From the NCBI GenBank assembly GCA_044347345.1, contig JBIKUX010000006.1, positions 45,218 through 109,217 of the forward strand: a stretch of 64,000 nt of DNA, in the 5' to 3' direction. Below are positions 49,515 through 59,347 of the stretch, piece after piece. The position numbers and the translations under genes are program-made. The DNA is from Bdellovibrionota bacterium (GTDB lineage: Bacteria; Bdellovibrionota_C; UBA2361; JBIKUX01). Within the stretch, counting starts at the first letter, position 1, and every line of letters begins with the position of its first letter. The notes under the pieces were generated by a model that had not been told where the DNA came from, did no database searches, and saw nothing but the letters and a program-made list of their open reading frames with translations.

Positions 49515-51488
49515 ATGACTCAGGAGCATACTTCATCTAGGGATTCCGCATCATTTTTACAATGGATTTTTGGTATTGATCTAGGCACCTCTCATAGTTC
49601 AATTGTAGCAGCTAGGATATTTCAAGACTCAAACAATAATAGAGTGCTGTCAGAGCTTTACCCTATACCTTTGCTTCAGATTAGAGCGCCACGTCAGATT
49701 GAAAAGACAACCTTAATAAGTAGCGCAATATATTTCCCCACTCAAGAAGAGATTAGTAGCTCAATTTTTCCCGATCCGTATGAAAAGGTTTATCAAGATA
49801 ATTTTCAGGAAAGTTCAGAATTAGTTGTGGGAGACTACGCTAGAGCTGAGAGAGCATTTCGTCCAGAGCGAGTTATTGTCTCGGTAAAATCATGGCTTTC
49901 TCAGCAGGGTATAGATAATGATACGCAACTACTTCCTGAAAATACTAAAGAAAGTTCAAATATAAAAAAGCTCTCTCCAGTGGATGTAACCAGTGCTATA
50001 TTAGCTTATTTACGCAGGGCAATTCTCAGTTTTTTAGCTGAGCAAGGAGAGAGTGAGCCGGTGCGGAGTCTGAAAGAATCTGTAGTTGTAATTACAGTGC
50101 CAGCATCATTTGACGAAGCCGCAAGAGTTGCCACTACCAGAGCCGCAGAGCAGGCTGGTTTTGGCGCTAACATCCTTCTTCTTGAAGAGCCGCTCGCTGC
50201 AGTGTATGCATGGCTTAACGATCATCGTCTTGATTGGAGAAATAAATTTTCTTCGGGAGATTATCTGTTGGTAGCGGATGTAGGAGGTGGTACAACTGAT
50301 TTTTCACTACTTGAGATTCAAGATAATAATGGTATTTTAGGCCTAGAAAGAGTGAGAGTTGGTGACCATATACTTCTGGGTGGTGATAATATAGATTTAG
50401 CGCTGGCTCACCAGGTTCAGCAATCCCTAAGCAATCAGGGAACGGTGCTTGACTCTTGGCAATTTCTCACTCTGCAGCAACTAACGAGAGACGCTAAAGA
50501 AAAACTTCTTTCTGAAGATGCTCCTGCTGAAATTTCAATTACTATCCCTAGTCAAGGTGCAGATCTCTTTGCTTCATCTGTGTCATTTAAGCTTCAGCGA
50601 GAGAGTGTGCGGCAATTGGTGCTTGAAGGCTTTTTCCCCTTAGTGCCAAGAGATTCAATACCACTGAAGAGAAAAAGAGTAGGTTTAAGGGAGTCTGGGC
50701 TGGCATATGCTTCCGATCCAGCTATCACAAAGCATTTAGCTGCCTTTTTACGGTCTGGTAATAATGAATATTTCCCCAAGATAACGGCCTTACTTTGCAA
50801 CGGTGGCGTATTTATTCCTCAGTCATTACAAGAGCGGATAGCTTCCTTGGTAGCGGAATGGAGCGGGCAGCCAAATCCGCCACTAATTCTTACAGATAGC
50901 GACCTTAGGCTTGCTGTTGCTAGAGGTGCTGCTGTTTTTGGCGGAATAAAATCAGGAGCTGAAGGATTTTTAATTCGCGCTCGCACTGTCAGGTCCTATT
51001 ACATCGGCATTGAGAGTGCAGAGCCAGCTATACCGGGTTACGAGCCGCCGTTACGCGGAGTTTGTATCGTTCCTCAGGGTCTTGAGGAAGGTAGTGAGTG
51101 TGAGTTGCTTGGGCATAACTTTTTTCTGTATTTAGATGAAACAAATAAGTTTCAGCTCTTCTCTTCCACCCGATATCCTCATGATAAGTTGGGATCGGTG
51201 CATCTTAACGCTGAGACCTCATTAGAAAATGCGGGGAGCGTATCTACAGTTCTTACATCTATGCAGGGTAACCATCAATTTATACCTGTGACTCTTACCT
51301 CTCGTTTAACTGATGTTGGAGTATTGGAGCTATGGTTGAAAAGTGAGACAGGTGAAGAGTCATGGCGTCTTGAGTGGAGCACTAGGGGCGTTGAAAAGGT
51401 GAATGGTGAGCAGGTCAATTTAGCAATTACTTTTGAAGGTATTACGAGTGATAATTTATCAAGAGCATCTGCATCTTCTTTATCCTAG
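49515..51488 (+). CDS. atypical Hsp70-family protein
   Basis: GIDLGTSHS, ITVPASFD, LEEPLAA, DVGGGTTDFS, LLGGDNID, LAVARGAA; lacks the canonical DnaK lid. Confidence 0.9.
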   Translation: MTQEHTSSRDSASFLQWIFGIDLGTSHSSIVAARIFQDSNNNRVLSELYPIPLLQIRAPRQIEKTTLISSAIYFPTQEEISSSIFPDPYEKVYQDNFQESSELVVGDYARAERAFRPERVIVSVKSWLSQQGIDNDTQLLPENTKESSNIKKLSPVDVTSAILAYLRRAILSFLAEQGESEPVRSLKESVVVITVPASFDEAARVATTRAAEQAGFGANILLLEEPLAAVYAWLNDHRLDWRNKFSSGDYLLVADVGGGTTDFSLLEIQDNNGILGLERVRVGDHILLGGDNIDLALAHQVQQSLSNQGTVLDSWQFLTLQQLTRDAKEKLLSEDAPAEISITIPSQGADLFASSVSFKLQRESVRQLVLEGFFPLVPRDSIPLKRKRVGLRESGLAYASDPAITKHLAAFLRSGNNEYFPKITALLCNGGVFIPQSLQERIASLVAEWSGQPNPPLILTDSDLRLAVARGAAVFGGIKSGAEGFLIRARTVRSYYIGIESAEPAIPGYEPPLRGVCIVPQGLEEGSECELLGHNFFLYLDETNKFQLFSSTRYPHDKLGSVHLNAETSLENAGSVSTVLTSMQGNHQFIPVTLTSRLTDVGVLELWLKSETGEESWRLEWSTRGVEKVNGEQVNLAITFEGITSDNLSRASASSLS

Positions 51489-51523
51489 AAGTCAGAAATT
51501 ATTGTTGATTAAAAGTGTAGTGT

Positions 51524-54277
51524 ATGAGCGCACGTTATTCTATTGGAATAGACTTAGGAACGAGTAATTGCGCCTTAGCTTGGACTATTTTATCAGAAAG
51601 CGACCCTAGTAATGATGTATCTTCTGATATCGCGCAGATTTTGCCTATAAAGCAAAGAATAAGATTTAATACTGAGGGCTTGCTTCCTTTACTACCTTCC
51701 TTTCTTTGTTTATCTGGTAATAATTTAATTGTCGGTGAATATGCCAAAGAGCAATTAGATGAGAATCCTGAGACAGTTATCCATTCGGCTAAGTCATGGC
51801 TTTCTCACCCAAGAGTAGATCCCAGGTCAGCGATACTACCGTGGCGCTCAAATAAAGTAGTAGAGGCTAATCGACTTAGCCCAGTTGATGTAAGTGCAAA
51901 GTATCTTTCTTTTGTGAGACAGGCTTGGGATGAGAGTTGTTTAGGCGGCATTAAAGCTCCCTTTGTTGAGCAAGAAATTACTATCTCCGTACCAGCTTCA
52001 TTTGATGAGGTGGCGCAAGCACTTACTCTTGAAGCAGCGGAGCGAGCCGGTTATCCCACGTCAACACGCTTAATTGAAGAGCCTCAGGCTGCTTTTTATC
52101 GCCTTTTAGCCCGTAAATCGGTCTTGCCATTTCCAAAGGGAGCGACAGTGTTAGTTGTTGATATCGGCGGAGGCACTACAGATTTTTCTCTTTTACAGCG
52201 TAGTAACAATGATGAGGATGGCGGCGGTGAAAGTGAGTGGCATAGAGTAGCAGTAAGTGACCACTTACTGCTTGGCGGTGATAATCTAGATAGAGCAATT
52301 GCTTACGAGATAGAGCGAAGGGCAAAAATAAAAGTAACTCCTGCAGAGTTCTCTCGCCTTATAGCTTCAGCGCGAGGACTTAAAGAAAGTTTTCTTAATG
52401 ATAAAAGAGCTACTGCTGTAAATGAAGATAGTATCTACACCGTTACTATACTTGACCGCGGAGCCGATATGTTCTCTGGGGCTCGTTCTGTTCAAATCAG
52501 TCAAAATGAATTGGAGCAGCTAGTATTAGAGGGATTTTTTCCTCTCTGCACTCAGGAATCCAAACCATACACTAGTCGTAGTGTTCAAACTTTAAAGGAT
52601 GAAGGCCTTCCTTATGCTGCTGATCCCAGGATAACTGTGCATCTTGCTTCTTTTTTAAGTAGCACAGGACTAAAAAAAATTGATGGAATTTTGATGACTG
52701 GTGGGACTTTAAAAGGAGTAGCGTTAGCTACTCGACTTAAAGAAGCTATTGTCTCGTGGCAACCAGAGCATCCAGTGACTGTATTAGAAAACAGTGAGAT
52801 GGATTTGGCTGTTGCTCTTGGAGCGGCTGATTATGGAAAGTTACGGCGAGCACCAAGAGGTTGCATTGGTAGCGGATATCCTCACAATCTTTTTTTAGAG
52901 GTACTGCGAGGAAGACGTCCGGCTTTTATCTGTTTAGTACCACAAGGGGCTCAGCAAGGTTTTGAAATCACTCTTTCAGAATTTCCGTTGATAGCTCTTA
53001 TAAATGTTCCTGTTCGATTGCAACTATTTTCACTTCGCGAAAATGATTTAGCTAAAAGGCAAGATCGTCTCTTTACGCCTGGTGCTATTTTATCTGATGA
53101 CTATGTAGATCAATTATTGCCTCTAGCGCCTCTTCAAACTAGTCTACGCGGACTTTCAACAAGCAGAGATAAGGTAAAGATTGTGTTGTCTGTGCGGCTC
53201 GAAGACACTGGCATATTAGTGATGCACTGCTTGGCTCAGAACGATAGCGTAGCGCGTGAGACGCAACAATTGGCTTGGAGGCTATGTTTTAATCTCAATT
53301 CAACTAAAGCTGAAATAGAACCAAATACCTTTAAAGGTCATGAGCGAGCTTACCCCTCTTGGTTAACTGATGCCAATGAACTTTTTATTGGGTTTTTTGG
53401 TCCTCCAAAAAAAGGAGCACAAGTAGAGGGTAAGCCTAGTTCTAAATTAATTTTTGAACAGTTGGAGAAGATATCTAAAAAAACACGGTTAGATTGGGAC
53501 GTATTTACATTGCGTGGATTGTGGCATGGTCTGGCATCAGGGATTAATAAGCGAAGAAGGTCTGCTGAGCATGAACGAACCTTTTTAAATCTAGGAGGAT
53601 TTTTTCTAAGGCCGGGTTTTGGTGATGAACTTGACCCATTAAGAATGCAAGAACTTAATCTTTTATTAAAAGATGGATTAGCGTTTCGTAATGTGGCTGC
53701 AAATTTTGATCAGTGGTGTATATTTTGGCGAAGAGTTGCAGGTGGATTATCAAGAGACCAGCAATTAGAGGTATTCGAAGGCACTAAGCTCCGTCTTTAC
53801 CGCAACGCAGAAGCTCTTCGTCTTTTTGGTTCGCTTGAGCGCTTACCGGAGTCAATCAAGGTTTCAGTTGGTGATGCTGTAGTTAAAACTTTGATTGAGC
53901 AAGATCAAATAATTAGTTCTGCGGTGCGTGGATGGGTGCTTGAACGTTTGATGTCTCGAGCTTTAATGTATGGTGATAAATCTGCTGTTTTAGATTGTGT
54001 ACATTTGCAGAGATGGTTTGAGATTCTTGAACCATTTGATTGGCGTGCGAAATATTTCTCATCCCTCATTGTAGCTTTTGCAAGAGGTGTGCGGATAGTT
54101 AATGATCGTTTTACCGATACACCAGATGATCTAAGAAGAAAGGTACGAAAAAAATTAGTATCAGTAGGGTGTTCTGCCGAGATTTTGCGAAGTGTTGATG
54201 AGTTTGTACCAGTGCTAAAAGAGGAGGAGTTTGCTCGAAGTGGAGATGAGTTGCCATTAGGATTTCGTTTGAATTAG
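51524..54277 (+). CDS. atypical Hsp70-family protein with C-terminal DUF3731-like domain
   Basis: GIDLGTSNC, SVPASFD, IEEPQAA, DIGGGTTDFS; C-terminal NLGGFFLRPGFGDELD and WCIFWRRVAGGL. Confidence 0.88.
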   Translation: MSARYSIGIDLGTSNCALAWTILSESDPSNDVSSDIAQILPIKQRIRFNTEGLLPLLPSFLCLSGNNLIVGEYAKEQLDENPETVIHSAKSWLSHPRVDPRSAILPWRSNKVVEANRLSPVDVSAKYLSFVRQAWDESCLGGIKAPFVEQEITISVPASFDEVAQALTLEAAERAGYPTSTRLIEEPQAAFYRLLARKSVLPFPKGATVLVVDIGGGTTDFSLLQRSNNDEDGGGESEWHRVAVSDHLLLGGDNLDRAIAYEIERRAKIKVTPAEFSRLIASARGLKESFLNDKRATAVNEDSIYTVTILDRGADMFSGARSVQISQNELEQLVLEGFFPLCTQESKPYTSRSVQTLKDEGLPYAADPRITVHLASFLSSTGLKKIDGILMTGGTLKGVALATRLKEAIVSWQPEHPVTVLENSEMDLAVALGAADYGKLRRAPRGCIGSGYPHNLFLEVLRGRRPAFICLVPQGAQQGFEITLSEFPLIALINVPVRLQLFSLRENDLAKRQDRLFTPGAILSDDYVDQLLPLAPLQTSLRGLSTSRDKVKIVLSVRLEDTGILVMHCLAQNDSVARETQQLAWRLCFNLNSTKAEIEPNTFKGHERAYPSWLTDANELFIGFFGPPKKGAQVEGKPSSKLIFEQLEKISKKTRLDWDVFTLRGLWHGLASGINKRRRSAEHERTFLNLGGFFLRPGFGDELDPLRMQELNLLLKDGLAFRNVAANFDQWCIFWRRVAGGLSRDQQLEVFEGTKLRLYRNAEALRLFGSLERLPESIKVSVGDAVVKTLIEQDQIISSAVRGWVLERLMSRALMYGDKSAVLDCVHLQRWFEILEPFDWRAKYFSSLIVAFARGVRIVNDRFTDTPDDLRRKVRKKLVSVGCSAEILRSVDEFVPVLKEEEFARSGDELPLGFRLN

Positions 54278-54385
54278 AGGAGTATTTGGGAGGAAAATCT
54301 TTTAATTTAATTTTGGTATCAAGAATTTTGCTATGTTAACCGATCTTTATTTACAAGGTTATGATGTGATGCGTTGTGTAGTATT

Positions 54386-54436
54386 GCGAGGTGTAGGCGG
54401 CGAGGGTAGGTGGCGAGGGTAGGTGGCGAGGGTAGG
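54386..54436. repeat. G-rich 13-bp tandem repeat (GCGAGGGTAGGTG), about 3.8 copies
   Basis: Exact units at 54400 and 54413, partial at 54426, variant at 54386; intergenic. Confidence 0.9.
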
Positions 54437-54527
54437 AGCTGTGTAGCAATCGCTTATCGTACTGAAAAATAAAAATAGCAAAGTTTAACGGTAAGTTTTT
54501 CACTAAATATAGGATAATAGATCTGCC

Positions 54528-54881
54528 ATGAGAAAAGTGCTCGTTATAGAAGATGATGTTGTTATAGCACTTCTTTTGGAAGAGCAGCTTGCTAAAGAAG
54601 GCTTTAGAGTTAGGTCAGTGACCGACCCATCAGATTTTTTTAAATATATTGAACTCTGGCAACCTCAGGTAATAGTTCTTGACATCATGATGCCTAAAAT
54701 AAGCGGGTGGGAAGTATTGCAGCAGCTTAAGGCAAATGAAAGGACGAAAGGAATTAAAGTTTACATGCTCACTGCTCTTAGCCTTATGGAGGATGTTGAG
54801 CGAGCTCTACAAATGGGAGCTGAAGGTTATTTTGTAAAACCGGTTAAGATGAATGTACTTGCAAGTAAGTTGTGGACGTAA
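54528..54881 (+). CDS. single-domain response regulator receiver (CheY-like)
   Basis: VLVIEDD, phosphoacceptor VLDIMMP, LTA, YFVKP. Confidence 0.95.
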   Translation: MRKVLVIEDDVVIALLLEEQLAKEGFRVRSVTDPSDFFKYIELWQPQVIVLDIMMPKISGWEVLQQLKANERTKGIKVYMLTALSLMEDVERALQMGAEGYFVKPVKMNVLASKLWT

Positions 54882-55137
54882 TTTTCATTCTTTACTAAAA
54901 ACTTCCTTAAACCCAAGCATCGAACCTCCTAGATATTTCCCCAATCAGTGAGTTAATCGCTAATTTACTTGACTAGTAAGGGATATGCTGAAACGGCTCA
55001 AAAATATTGCATAGGGTGCGGCGGATTAAGGATTACACCGCTATTGGTAAAGGGCTCAGTTTTAGGTTGTACGCTAAGGATAGCTACTAATCGTTAAAAA
55101 ATGATTATTAAGGTAAATGCTTAAGAGAAAATGTTAG

Positions 55138-55171
55138 TGATGGAGGCACAGCATGATGGAGGCACAGCATG
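55138..55171. repeat. 16-bp tandem duplication TGATGGAGGCACAGCA
   Basis: Exact copies at 55138-55153 and 55154-55169. Confidence 0.9.
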
Positions 55172-55502
55172 TAAGAGCTTCTAATTGTTATTTAAAAAAG
55201 ATTAAGAAAGAAAAAAACCATGCATATTGCTTTTGCCTAATTTTACAGTTCGGACAACCGCTTCAAAAGCTTTTTCCTAATTTATTGGATATTTTTACTA
55301 GAGTTAATCAACAAAGTACTGACTCCTTTGTACAAAAATTACGGATTTCGGTAACACCCTTTGATTTTATTGCACAAGACAGAGGATATCTGCGCCGATA
55401 GGTAAAATAAATGCATCGTAGAGGGGATAGTAAGGAGCAAGATCTCGTGCGCTAAAATAGGAATATTTTTAAACCTTACAAACAAAAATCCTAAAATGCG
55501 AA

Positions 55503-55976
55503 ATGGTAAAGAGTAAAACCTTAGAGCACCAAAACTGTGGCTATTTAAAGGACGGTCATTTATCTTCTATAGGAAGCTCACTAGTGGAGTTTGCCTTAGT
55601 TCTAGTGTTAAGTATTCCGCTTCTGACCGGTTTTATTGATGTAGGTTTATCCCTTTACCGAAATACTTCTTTTGCATTTTTTATCGATAAAGCCACTAGA
55701 GAGGTAGCTGTAAGCGCTCATCGTTGCGAGCTTCATTGTTTAGAAGGAAATCCTCGCCCTCTTCTCTCCTCTAATCTCCAACAAGAATTTGACCGATTTT
55801 TATCTCGTGGAGCTGATGTAAGACTACAAAAAAATCTTCGTTCAGTTCGCATTAGCGGTAGTACTCCAGTTGTTTGTTTTACTTGTGGTCTTTTTGATGC
55901 AGAAGCTCGTTATAATGCAGTAAGTGAAATGGTTGTCGATTTTTCAGCGTGTTCACCTGTATCGTGTAGTAGGTAG
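55503..55976 (+). CDS. TadE-like Flp pilus pseudopilin
   Basis: G|SSLVEFALVL, FIDVG, ATREVAV; Cys pairs. Confidence 0.82.
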   Translation: MVKSKTLEHQNCGYLKDGHLSSIGSSLVEFALVLVLSIPLLTGFIDVGLSLYRNTSFAFFIDKATREVAVSAHRCELHCLEGNPRPLLSSNLQQEFDRFLSRGADVRLQKNLRSVRISGSTPVVCFTCGLFDAEARYNAVSEMVVDFSACSPVSCSR

Positions 55977-55992
55977 AAGTAGGAGTAAGTGG

Positions 55993-58287
55993 GTGATGAA
56001 GATGTCTCTAACGAATGACCATAAATGTAGTAATCACTACTATTACGATAGATTAAGAATTAGAAAATTGAGACATTCAAATAACGGCGTTGTGTTGATT
56101 TGGATTGCCGCTACTTTATCGGTTTTTCTCGGTATTTCTGGCATAATTTTAGATGCTAATCGCAAAAGAATGATAGTAGCTGAGTTGCAAAGGGTAGCAA
56201 ATTCAGCCTCTGTTTCCGCTGCTGCTGAGCTTGATGGTACTCGACAAGGTTGGACTAGAGCAAAACGAGCGGCTGTTTCATTGTTACGCAGTCATTCTAT
56301 CCCAGGAGTAGGAGACTTTTCTGATGCTACAGTAGTCTTTAATGAAGGCGACCCAACACTTAGTCCCGATGCTTTAGAAGATGACCCATTGCTTAAAAAA
56401 GTGACGGCTAGTCTCGGAAAATTTGATATTAGAATTGAAAGAGGAGTCTACTGGTCTGGTGATCAGGAGGAATTTATTTCTCTCGAGGGGAGAAAGCCTA
56501 CCGAAATAAAAGATTCGAGTGGAAGAAATCTTCCGATGTTTAAGACTCTCCCGGTATATATTTTGGCTAATGCCGTTAAAGTTTCATTTGAAGCGAGAGG
56601 AGTATCAAGAATTTTTTCACGGTTATTTAGTAAAGAACCTAACTCCGAATATTTTTCGCCAATTTCAGCACATGCTACAGCAGCCAACGATTTTCGCAAT
56701 GAGGAGTGCGTTATACCAGCTGCTATTCCAGCTTGTGCTCTTATGCTTGAAATGGCTCCTCAGGCACAGCAAATGTACGAGACTGAATCATATCAAGCTG
56801 ATCGCCAATGCCAACGTGAAACAGTTATCTCTGAGGCAAATCCAATGGGGCCAGCAGGATTTGGCTACTATCTGGAACGAGGTGACGGAATTTTACGATC
56901 ACAGCTTTATCCAGCCTTTCCTAGAATCGGGGGTATGGTAAACAAGAAGGGTATACCTCTTTGGGGGGTGCTAGGAACTCCTGATGAAGAATTAGCTTCC
57001 AGAAAAGAAGCTGATCCTAATCTTCTAGTATCAATGATTCGTGATGGATGTCGCAGAGTACGACTCGGTGCTCGATTTCGTCCACTTGAAAATGGCGTTG
57101 GATTAGGGGGAGTATACAAAACCCGCGGGGAAGAGATTTCAAATCATTTAAGAATGACATTAGCAAAATTACGCACTGATCAGCCATTTGTTTCTGTGTT
57201 TGGTGATCCGAGCATACCGGAAACAATCAAGCCGAATTATCCTTGGCGGCGTCAAGCTCCTGAGGAATTAATGCAAGATTTTCGAGCTGATAACGATAAA
57301 ACCGTACGTATTTATCTCGACCCTCCGGCTCGGTCAGGTGATTGGCTTAATCCAATGTGCCACGATTGGGAAGGAGGTCCGCCAAATGATCCCAACGCGG
57401 GGGTTGCAGAAGTTATGATTATGGTGATAGCTCCATCTGAATCTAATTACACCACAAATGCCGGTGCATACTGCGATTTTAAAAGTGTATTTGGCGGACT
57501 CCAAGCTAATACTACAGCACCTTTGGCTCAGACTAACCCTGTGGTTGTGGGATTTGTAAAAGCAAAACTATTTGATTTTAATTTTAAGGACTACGGTTCT
57601 GTGGGAAGCCCAAACTTTAATTTTGACAAGAGCCCGTCACAGTATGCTTTTTTAAAGACATCAATGATAATCGAGGCTGAAAAAAATAGTGAGGAATTGC
57701 CAGGAGAAAATGACATACTCACAGATGAAGAGATTTCCTCAGCAGCCACTGACTTTATCGATGAGCACCAAGATTGGCAAGTTTGCCACAATAATAGAGA
57801 AGAATGTATTAGGCTTGCTGGCGGGCCTGGAAGTAGCGACGCTAGGGACTGCCCTAAGTGTGGTAGGCAGCCTGAAATGTCGGATAAATTAAAAAGAACT
57901 CTTAGACACTACTCTGAAGCAGCAAAATATCCAGCAGAATGCGTTGAGCGTCTTCAAGGTACAGATGATGAATCTTATCAGGATATTTTAACTGAGCTAT
58001 CGAACAATGGATGTAGTGGCAGAGTGAGATGTGATGATCCAGCGGTTATCAATCTTTTAAAAGATATCAAAAAATATAAAATTGATGCAGCACAACCCCA
58101 GAGGTATTGTATCCCAGAGAGAAAGCCAAATTGCACAGATTCTCATCAAAGCGGATGTTATCAAGGGCTTTTAGCTAGGGCACCCCAGTGGGGTTGCGGG
58201 GGTTTAAGAGTTAGGCTTGATTGTCAGCAACCTAGTTTGGCCTCTACACGGTTTAAAGATGAGAGAGTTGCTACTTTAATAAAGTAA
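55993..58287 (+). CDS. TadG-like pilus tip/adhesin protein with large Cys-rich C-terminus
   Basis: NG|VVLIWIA TM, LDA, ELQRVANSASVSAAAEL, IERGVYW, ANAVKV; RBS AGGAG at 55981 supports a start at 55993/55996 rather than 55924. Confidence 0.78.
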   Translation: MMKMSLTNDHKCSNHYYYDRLRIRKLRHSNNGVVLIWIAATLSVFLGISGIILDANRKRMIVAELQRVANSASVSAAAELDGTRQGWTRAKRAAVSLLRSHSIPGVGDFSDATVVFNEGDPTLSPDALEDDPLLKKVTASLGKFDIRIERGVYWSGDQEEFISLEGRKPTEIKDSSGRNLPMFKTLPVYILANAVKVSFEARGVSRIFSRLFSKEPNSEYFSPISAHATAANDFRNEECVIPAAIPACALMLEMAPQAQQMYETESYQADRQCQRETVISEANPMGPAGFGYYLERGDGILRSQLYPAFPRIGGMVNKKGIPLWGVLGTPDEELASRKEADPNLLVSMIRDGCRRVRLGARFRPLENGVGLGGVYKTRGEEISNHLRMTLAKLRTDQPFVSVFGDPSIPETIKPNYPWRRQAPEELMQDFRADNDKTVRIYLDPPARSGDWLNPMCHDWEGGPPNDPNAGVAEVMIMVIAPSESNYTTNAGAYCDFKSVFGGLQANTTAPLAQTNPVVVGFVKAKLFDFNFKDYGSVGSPNFNFDKSPSQYAFLKTSMIIEAEKNSEELPGENDILTDEEISSAATDFIDEHQDWQVCHNNREECIRLAGGPGSSDARDCPKCGRQPEMSDKLKRTLRHYSEAAKYPAECVERLQGTDDESYQDILTELSNNGCSGRVRCDDPAVINLLKDIKKYKIDAAQPQRYCIPERKPNCTDSHQSGCYQGLLARAPQWGCGGLRVRLDCQQPSLASTRFKDERVATLIK

Positions 58288-58538
58288 CTTAGATGGCCGC
58301 TAGTAGTAGAACACGGAAAATTACGTAATTTTGAGTATCAGAAAGCGCTTACACCTGACTAACCTCATATCCCGATTATTGTATAAAATACGGTTCGTTC
58401 TAAACCTTTCAAAATTTGTGTCGACATATCAGATGAGTCACCAGATAAAGGACTAATTTGGTATAGGTAAAAAAGTACGGAAGCTTAAGTAAGGCCCAGT
58501 TGACGATAAATGGGATAGCTTGATAAGCAGGATATGAA

Positions 58539-59297
58539 ATGGCAAGACATCTATCGTCTTTTTTATTCAGGGCGGCACGGCTTACACCAAGTCAAGGAAA
58601 AGCTTCAATGCTTTTGACGAAAACAAGTGCAGATAAATTGAGTGATGGGCGGCGCGCAAATTTAGATGATATCAGCAGTAATAGCAACAGCCAAAACGTC
58701 GGGATTATCCAACACAATAATACTTTAAAAGACAATGATAAAGGTGACAGCAAACAAATAATTGTGAATAGGCAGGAAACGGCAATAAAGAGCCTTATAA
58801 AGCCAGTAAAAGAGGAACTAAAAGCGGCTGGTTCAGTAATTGACGAGGTGGATATTTGCTTAAATAATTTATCTACCCTCATTGATATCGCTCGTACCAG
58901 AAAACACTTTACGTTTATTTATGATCCTGACTTAGTTAGCGCACTTGTAGCAAAGGGTAATGAGACGCAGTGGAAAAACTTTTGTGATGCAGCTCTTGGT
59001 GTTCTTTTGGTTGTTTCTAATCTTAGTCAAGTGAGTAAGGAAAAAACAGATTTAGGTTCAATTACCAGTCAGTTAACGACTCTACATGAAATTTTAAGAA
59101 CTTCATTTGAAGATGCACTTAGTGCTTACTCTGAAGATGAACGACGAAGTGCCGAATCAAAAGGATTAGGTGCAGTGCACAAAATTACGTCTTCTATATC
59201 TCAACTGATAAGTGAATTAAAAGGCGAGCAGGTACGAATACTTCCATCTCGTCCTCTTACAGCTCGGGATCTTGGAACTGTCTACCCAAAAAACTAA
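58539..59297 (+). CDS. hypothetical alpha-helical protein
   Basis: 252-aa ORF with upstream AGGA; low-complexity N-terminus then amphipathic helices. Confidence 0.55.
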   Translation: MARHLSSFLFRAARLTPSQGKASMLLTKTSADKLSDGRRANLDDISSNSNSQNVGIIQHNNTLKDNDKGDSKQIIVNRQETAIKSLIKPVKEELKAAGSVIDEVDICLNNLSTLIDIARTRKHFTFIYDPDLVSALVAKGNETQWKNFCDAALGVLLVVSNLSQVSKEKTDLGSITSQLTTLHEILRTSFEDALSAYSEDERRSAESKGLGAVHKITSSISQLISELKGEQVRILPSRPLTARDLGTVYPKN

Positions 59298-59347
59298 AGA
59301 TAGCCAAAGGATAACAAATTTTTGATAGCTAGTAACAGCCCAAAAAC

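Noticed and set aside
58430-58530. Possible c-di-GMP riboswitch or structured leader (AAGCT/AGCTT and CCCA/TGGG stems)
   Set aside because: No GEMM consensus (GGCAAAC...GAAA...GACGCAAAGC); stems are short enough to be chance.
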